From NCBI GenBank assembly GCA_965218425.1, contig OZ244621.1:1600001-1664000 (forward strand): a stretch of DNA of 64,000 nucleotides, in the 5' to 3' direction. The DNA is from an uncultured Candidatus Binatia bacterium (lineage in GTDB: Bacteria > Desulfobacterota > Binatia > UBA9968 > CAXXLF01). A program made the translations under genes and the position numbers. The notes below the pieces were generated by a model. That model saw only the letters and a list, made by a program, of their open reading frames with translations. It was not told the DNA's origin and searched no databases. Positions within the stretch are counted from its first letter, which is position 1. The number at the start of each line of letters is the position of its first letter. Below are positions 59,315 to 64,000 of the stretch, piece by piece.

Positions 59315-60703
59315 ATGTTGCGAAGCGTTTTTTACCTCTTAATGTTCAGCACACTTCTGACCGGATGCGGAACTTCCATCCCCACGCCGTTGGGTGCGTT
59401 TAAACCCCTTACCGAAGAGGATGAGATCAAGATCACCCGGCAATTCCGTCGGGATGCCAGGAGAACGTTCAAGCTGGTGGACCAACCTGAAGTGCAGCAA
59501 TATATCGACCAGGTGGGCCGAAAGATTCTATCGGTCATGGGACCCCAGCCCTTTGAGTATAAATTCTACGTAGTGGAAAATCCCCAGTTAAACGCTTTTG
59601 CGGTGCCAGGCGGGTCCATCTACATTCACACAGGCATCATTGAGAACGCTAAGAGCACGGATGAAGTAGCCTCGGTTATTGGCCATGAAATCATCCACGT
59701 AAAGGGGCGCCATCTCGCGCGCATGTCAGGACTAGACATGGGCAGTTTAATTGGAATGGTGGGTACGCTCCTAGGTGCAGTGGGCGGCAAGGCCGGGGCC
59801 GCCGGAGTGATGGGGCAGGCCCTTGCAACACAGCGTCAGCTTGCATTTACCCGCATAGTTGAACAGGAAGCTGACACTCTTGGCGTCAAATATATGACCG
59901 AAGCTGGTTACGATCCGAGAGGGGCTCTGGGCTTTTTCCGAACCCTTTCCAGGAAAAGGGCATTGAACCCCGTCAATGTTCCTCCATATTTGCTGACCCA
60001 TCCCCTGACGGATGATCGTATAGCGTCCGTTAAAATCGTCCTTCGATCCTTGAATCTCAGGGACGTCGGTCCAACGGGTCCTGACCCGATAAAAAGGGTC
60101 CAGACCATACTGCGCCTGGAAAAACAAAGGGCCAATCCCGGGGATAATATCGTGCGCGATTTGTCTGTTCAGCATTTTCAGGAAAGAGGTGAAATCGCTC
60201 ATCTGCGAGGTTTAAAATATTTTTACCGAGGAGACTGGACCCGGGCTCTGGAGAGCTATGAACAGGCAAGGACCACGACCCCGAACAGTCCAGGACTCGA
60301 GCGAGATTTTGGCCGTCTGTATACGCAGATCGGACAGTACGAGCTGGCTCACCAGGCCTTCGAGCGGTCCTTGAGCCGGGAACCCAAGATGTCTGTCACT
60401 TACCTTTATCTTGCGGAGCTACTGGAACGGGAGTCCCAATACGGAGAGGCCGCGCTGGCTTATCGAAGGGCCCTTCAACTCTCACCCCTTTGGCCCGAAG
60501 CAGCACGCCGACTGGGTGAAGTCTACAGCAAAATGGATCGTTTAGGAGATGCCTATTACTATTTGGGACGTTCCCACCAGTTGGCCGACGAGGACGAGAA
60601 GGCCATTGCCGACCTGGAACGGGCAGTGAAAATTTTTGGCCTGCACTCGCCACGCGGGCAATTGATCTACGATGAGCTGCAAGCCATCAAAGCGAGGATC
60701 TAA
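59315..60703 (+). CDS. M48 family metalloprotease lipoprotein with TPRs (BepA-like)
   Basis: Lipobox LLTGC; NAFAVPGG, HEIIH, EQEAD, YLLTHP. Confidence 0.92.
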   Translation: MLRSVFYLLMFSTLLTGCGTSIPTPLGAFKPLTEEDEIKITRQFRRDARRTFKLVDQPEVQQYIDQVGRKILSVMGPQPFEYKFYVVENPQLNAFAVPGGSIYIHTGIIENAKSTDEVASVIGHEIIHVKGRHLARMSGLDMGSLIGMVGTLLGAVGGKAGAAGVMGQALATQRQLAFTRIVEQEADTLGVKYMTEAGYDPRGALGFFRTLSRKRALNPVNVPPYLLTHPLTDDRIASVKIVLRSLNLRDVGPTGPDPIKRVQTILRLEKQRANPGDNIVRDLSVQHFQERGEIAHLRGLKYFYRGDWTRALESYEQARTTTPNSPGLERDFGRLYTQIGQYELAHQAFERSLSREPKMSVTYLYLAELLERESQYGEAALAYRRALQLSPLWPEAARRLGEVYSKMDRLGDAYYYLGRSHQLADEDEKAIADLERAVKIFGLHSPRGQLIYDELQAIKARI

Positions 60704-60715
60704 CCTAACCCTTCG

Positions 60716-63118
60716 TCAGTGGTAGAGTTCCAGCAGCTCTACCATGCCCAGATTTCGCATCTGACTGAAAAAGTATCCTTTAATCTCACCCACGGTGTCC
60801 ATGTTCAAGGCAATCTGTACTGAGGTCTTTGCGGTTTGATAGCTCATGGAACGAATGACTTTTTTTATAACGGGGATGAACAGAGACTCCATGCTAAATT
60901 CCTCCAACCCCATGCCCACTAGAAGCAACGTAGCAATGGGATCGCCTGCCATCTCACCACACATGGCCACAGGCTTGCCTTCTTTTTTGGCGGCCTGGAT
61001 GATCTGCATGAGAGCTGAAAGAACGGCTGGATGCAGGGGTTCGTAAAGACCCGCCACCTTCCTATTCCCCCGATCCACCGCCAAGAGGTACTGGATAAGA
61101 TCGTTGGTTCCAATGCTGAGGAAATCCACTTCACGCAATAGCCGATCCACCATTTGAACAGCGGAGGGAACCTCGATCATAATGCCGAGTTCCATCTGAC
61201 GGTCGAAGTGAGCTCCCTCCTCTTCCAGCTCTTCCTTAACCTCTGCCAATATTTCTTTGATCCGTATTATTTCCTCCATCCTCGACACCATTGGAATAAG
61301 CAGTCGCACTTTACCCAAAGTGCCCACCTTCAAGATGGCTCGGAGTTGAGTCTTGAAAATATCTACCAATTCGAGGGAGACACGGATGGAACGCCACCCT
61401 AAAAACGGGTTATCTTCCGGGGTAGCCCTACGAGCGTAGGGCGGATACTTGTCTGCCCCGATGTCCAAAGTACGTATCGTTACGGGTCCTCCCTCCATCC
61501 CTTCCACTACCCGGCGGTAAAGAGCGTACTGCTGCTCTTCACTGGGGAAATCATGGTGCGCCAAAAAGGGAATCTCAGTTCGGTAAAGACCAATGCCCTG
61601 CGCACCGTGGTTATGAGCAAATGTAATGTCTGTTAGTAGACCGACGTTTGCGTAAAGGGATACGCGGTGGCCGTCTACGGTTTCCGCGGGTAGTTCCCGA
61701 ATTTCATCGAGTTGCCGATTGAAAGCGAGGTAATCTCCTTCTAGCCGGTCGTATTCCTGAAGGATCTCACGGCTCGGATTGATGTAAACCACTCCTGAAT
61801 TTCCATCCACGATGAGCGACTCCCCCTCGCGAACGTTTTCCAGTAGTCCGTTCACTCCCACCACGGTTGGAATCTCGAAAGACTTGGCCAAAAGCGAAGC
61901 ATGAGAGGTGACCCCGCCTGTGGACAGCACCACCCCCCGGAAACGATCTCCCTCGATGAGACTCACATCCGCAGGGGAAAGATCCTCCGCTACCAGAATT
62001 GCCTCTTTTGGCAGCTCTACTTTCCTTCCTACCCGACCGGAAATGTTTTCCAAAACTCTCTGGGCTGCGTCCCGGACATCCGCCCCCCGCTCTTTTAGGT
62101 AACTATCCCCAATTTGAGTAAAGGACTGCAGGTGCTCATGAAAAACGCTACTCACCGCGTATTCCGCGTCACAGCGATCGTAACGGATCTTAGACTCGAT
62201 CTGACCTCGTAGCGTCGGATCCAAAAGAATTAACCGGTGAACCTCGAAAATGGCCCCTGCGTCGTTTGAAATCAGCTCATTCATACGTTGCTTGAGCTCA
62301 TTGACCTGGCGGATGGACTTCTCCACCGCGGAGCGAAATTTTTCCAGCTCCTTTGCGGGATTTTTTGCTCGCCGCCTTCTCACGGAATTCAAATCGATCA
62401 TAGGTCGCATAATATAGGCCGTGCCGTGACCGAATCCCGGTGAGGCAGTGAGACCCGTCAACCGACCTCGCCATTTATGAGTCACCCCCCGACTAACCCG
62501 CCCTTTGCCCCTCCCTTCATAGGATTGCAGTCTCTTTAAAGCACCCATCAAGCGTTTGCGGTATTCCCTACCCTGTCGATCTCGAGTCTCCAGGGACTCC
62601 GCCATTCGAGCTTGGATAATGATGCTGGAAACTTGACTCGATATGGCGTTGAGTAGACGAATTTCATCAGGAGAAAACTCTCGCCTGCGCGAAGTCTGAA
62701 CCACAAGCACGCCAACGGGGGTTCTTTTCTCCGTCAAAGGAATTCCCAGGAAGGAGTGGAAACGTTCTTCCCCGGTCTCGGGAAAATATTTGTACCTGGG
62801 GTGTGTTTGTGCATCCACCACCGTCACCGGTTTCATCTTCTCTATGACCAGACCCGTCAGACCCTCATCAATGCCCATGGAGACTTTACCCACTGCATCT
62901 TCATCCAATCCCATGGTGGCGCATAGGGTCAATCTCGTGCTCTGGCGATCGAGGAGGTAGATAGAACACACCTCGCTCTCCATTCGCTGGACGATAATCG
63001 TTACAATGCTCCTAAAAGCCTCTTGAAGGTTCTCGGAGTGACTGATGAGTGTGCTGATATCTTCCAGGGTCTCCAGGTGGGGTACGACCTTGCCGCCGGT
63101 CTTATGAACTCGTGCCAT
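60716..63118 (-). CDS. ptsP: Phosphoenolpyruvate-protein phosphotransferase with N-terminal GAF (EI-Ntr-like)
   Basis: GAF domain; TSHA phospho-His; GLYRTE, NPFLGWR, SIGTNDLIQY, CGEMAG. Confidence 0.95.
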   Translation of the reverse strand: MARVHKTGGKVVPHLETLEDISTLISHSENLQEAFRSIVTIIVQRMESEVCSIYLLDRQSTRLTLCATMGLDEDAVGKVSMGIDEGLTGLVIEKMKPVTVVDAQTHPRYKYFPETGEERFHSFLGIPLTEKRTPVGVLVVQTSRRREFSPDEIRLLNAISSQVSSIIIQARMAESLETRDRQGREYRKRLMGALKRLQSYEGRGKGRVSRGVTHKWRGRLTGLTASPGFGHGTAYIMRPMIDLNSVRRRRAKNPAKELEKFRSAVEKSIRQVNELKQRMNELISNDAGAIFEVHRLILLDPTLRGQIESKIRYDRCDAEYAVSSVFHEHLQSFTQIGDSYLKERGADVRDAAQRVLENISGRVGRKVELPKEAILVAEDLSPADVSLIEGDRFRGVVLSTGGVTSHASLLAKSFEIPTVVGVNGLLENVREGESLIVDGNSGVVYINPSREILQEYDRLEGDYLAFNRQLDEIRELPAETVDGHRVSLYANVGLLTDITFAHNHGAQGIGLYRTEIPFLAHHDFPSEEQQYALYRRVVEGMEGGPVTIRTLDIGADKYPPYARRATPEDNPFLGWRSIRVSLELVDIFKTQLRAILKVGTLGKVRLLIPMVSRMEEIIRIKEILAEVKEELEEEGAHFDRQMELGIMIEVPSAVQMVDRLLREVDFLSIGTNDLIQYLLAVDRGNRKVAGLYEPLHPAVLSALMQIIQAAKKEGKPVAMCGEMAGDPIATLLLVGMGLEEFSMESLFIPVIKKVIRSMSYQTAKTSVQIALNMDTVGEIKGYFFSQMRNLGMVELLELYH

Positions 63119-63292
63119 ATGCCTGATCTTATACTATGCGGACCTATATCGGAAATTCAAATGATACTCATTTATCCATCTCCTTAATTTTATCCTTCAA
63201 CGGAGGATCGTTCCCCACATTGAGGTGATCAATCGAGTTGAATTCGTCTGGGCTAGATGGTATTTTTTTGATTCTACTATTGAGCCTGCCAG

Positions 63293-63853
63293 ATGGAGAC
63301 GATGATGGAAGAACATGTGCGGGCCCTACTAAGGTCCGTGGGAGAAAACCCAGACCGGGAGGGGTTAAATAAAACACCGTCACGGGTGGTTGAGGTGCTC
63401 AAATACCTCACCCATGGATACGACCTTGACCCAGAAAAAGTACTTAACGGGGCGCTTTTCTCTGAAGACTACCAGGAGATGATCGTCCAAAAGGACGTCG
63501 ACTTCTTTTCCTTGTGTGAACACCACCTACTCCCCTTCTTTGGCAAGGCGCACGTGGCCTATATTCCCCAACACAAGATCGTTGGAGTTTCTAAGTTGGC
63601 CCGGCTGGTGGACGTCTATGCCCGTAGACTCCAGGTCCAGGAACGCCTAACGAACCAGATTGCCCAGACCATCATGGATACGATCAGGCCCCTCGGAGCC
63701 GGGGTGGTAGTGGAAGCTGAGCATCTATGCATGAGGATGCGGGGCGTGGAAAAGCAAAATTCACTCATTATTACGAGCACCCTTCTTGGCGTGTTTCGGA
63801 CTCGCCAGGAAACCCGTGCTGAATTCATGAACCTCATTCGCAAAGGGTCCTAG
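63293..63853 (+). CDS. folE: GTP cyclohydrolase I
   Basis: [29 protein letters not shown]. Confidence 0.97.
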   Translation: METMMEEHVRALLRSVGENPDREGLNKTPSRVVEVLKYLTHGYDLDPEKVLNGALFSEDYQEMIVQKDVDFFSLCEHHLLPFFGKAHVAYIPQHKIVGVSKLARLVDVYARRLQVQERLTNQIAQTIMDTIRPLGAGVVVEAEHLCMRMRGVEKQNSLIITSTLLGVFRTRQETRAEFMNLIRKGS

Positions 63854-63862
63854 ACCGTCTCC

Positions 63863-64000
63863 ATGGATATCAAACTCAAGGACCAAAGTCCTGAGAGACT
63901 CAAAACGCCTCTCTTAGCCATCCCCGTCAAAGAACAAGGCCTGAAGGATCCGGTGATCCGAGTCCTGGACCGCCAGCTCAGGGGAAGACTATCTGAGCGA
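63863..64000 (+). CDS. N-terminus of a gene running off the window, possibly leucyl aminopeptidase (M17)
   Basis: Open frame MDIKLKDQSPERLKTPLLAIPV...LDRQLRGRLSER resembles M17 N-domains; only 46 codons visible. Confidence 0.45.
   Translation, partial: MDIKLKDQSPERLKTPLLAIPVKEQGLKDPVIRVLDRQLRGRLSER

Overview
A 64-kb bacterial chromosomal segment. Its gene content (several TctC/Bug and Fe(III)-type ABC solute-binding proteins, Rieske, UbiD and LigAB aromatic-catabolism genes, GAF-PtsP) resembles Deltaproteobacteria-like lineages such as Ca. Binatia; this is inference only. It carries housekeeping genes (tdh-kbl, lrp-gltB, nth, lnt, fabI, ptsP, folE) and two apparently intact IS elements, IS3 family at 6478-7720 and IS630 family at 45149-46237. 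About ten genes are eroded, several by internal in-frame deletion. No rRNA, tRNA or CRISPR array was found. The main signals missed by the ORF track are: (1) an exported UxxC selenocysteine thioredoxin split at an in-frame UGA, inside an ECF-sigma::YHS / Sec-redoxin / msrP / msrQ operon whose promoter has four 11-bp-periodic boxes and lies just downstream of an OmpR-type two-component pair; (2) a second, decaying UxxC peroxiredoxin-like selenoprotein gene; (3) several structured non-coding elements, one of which appears only after the IS630 is excised in silico.
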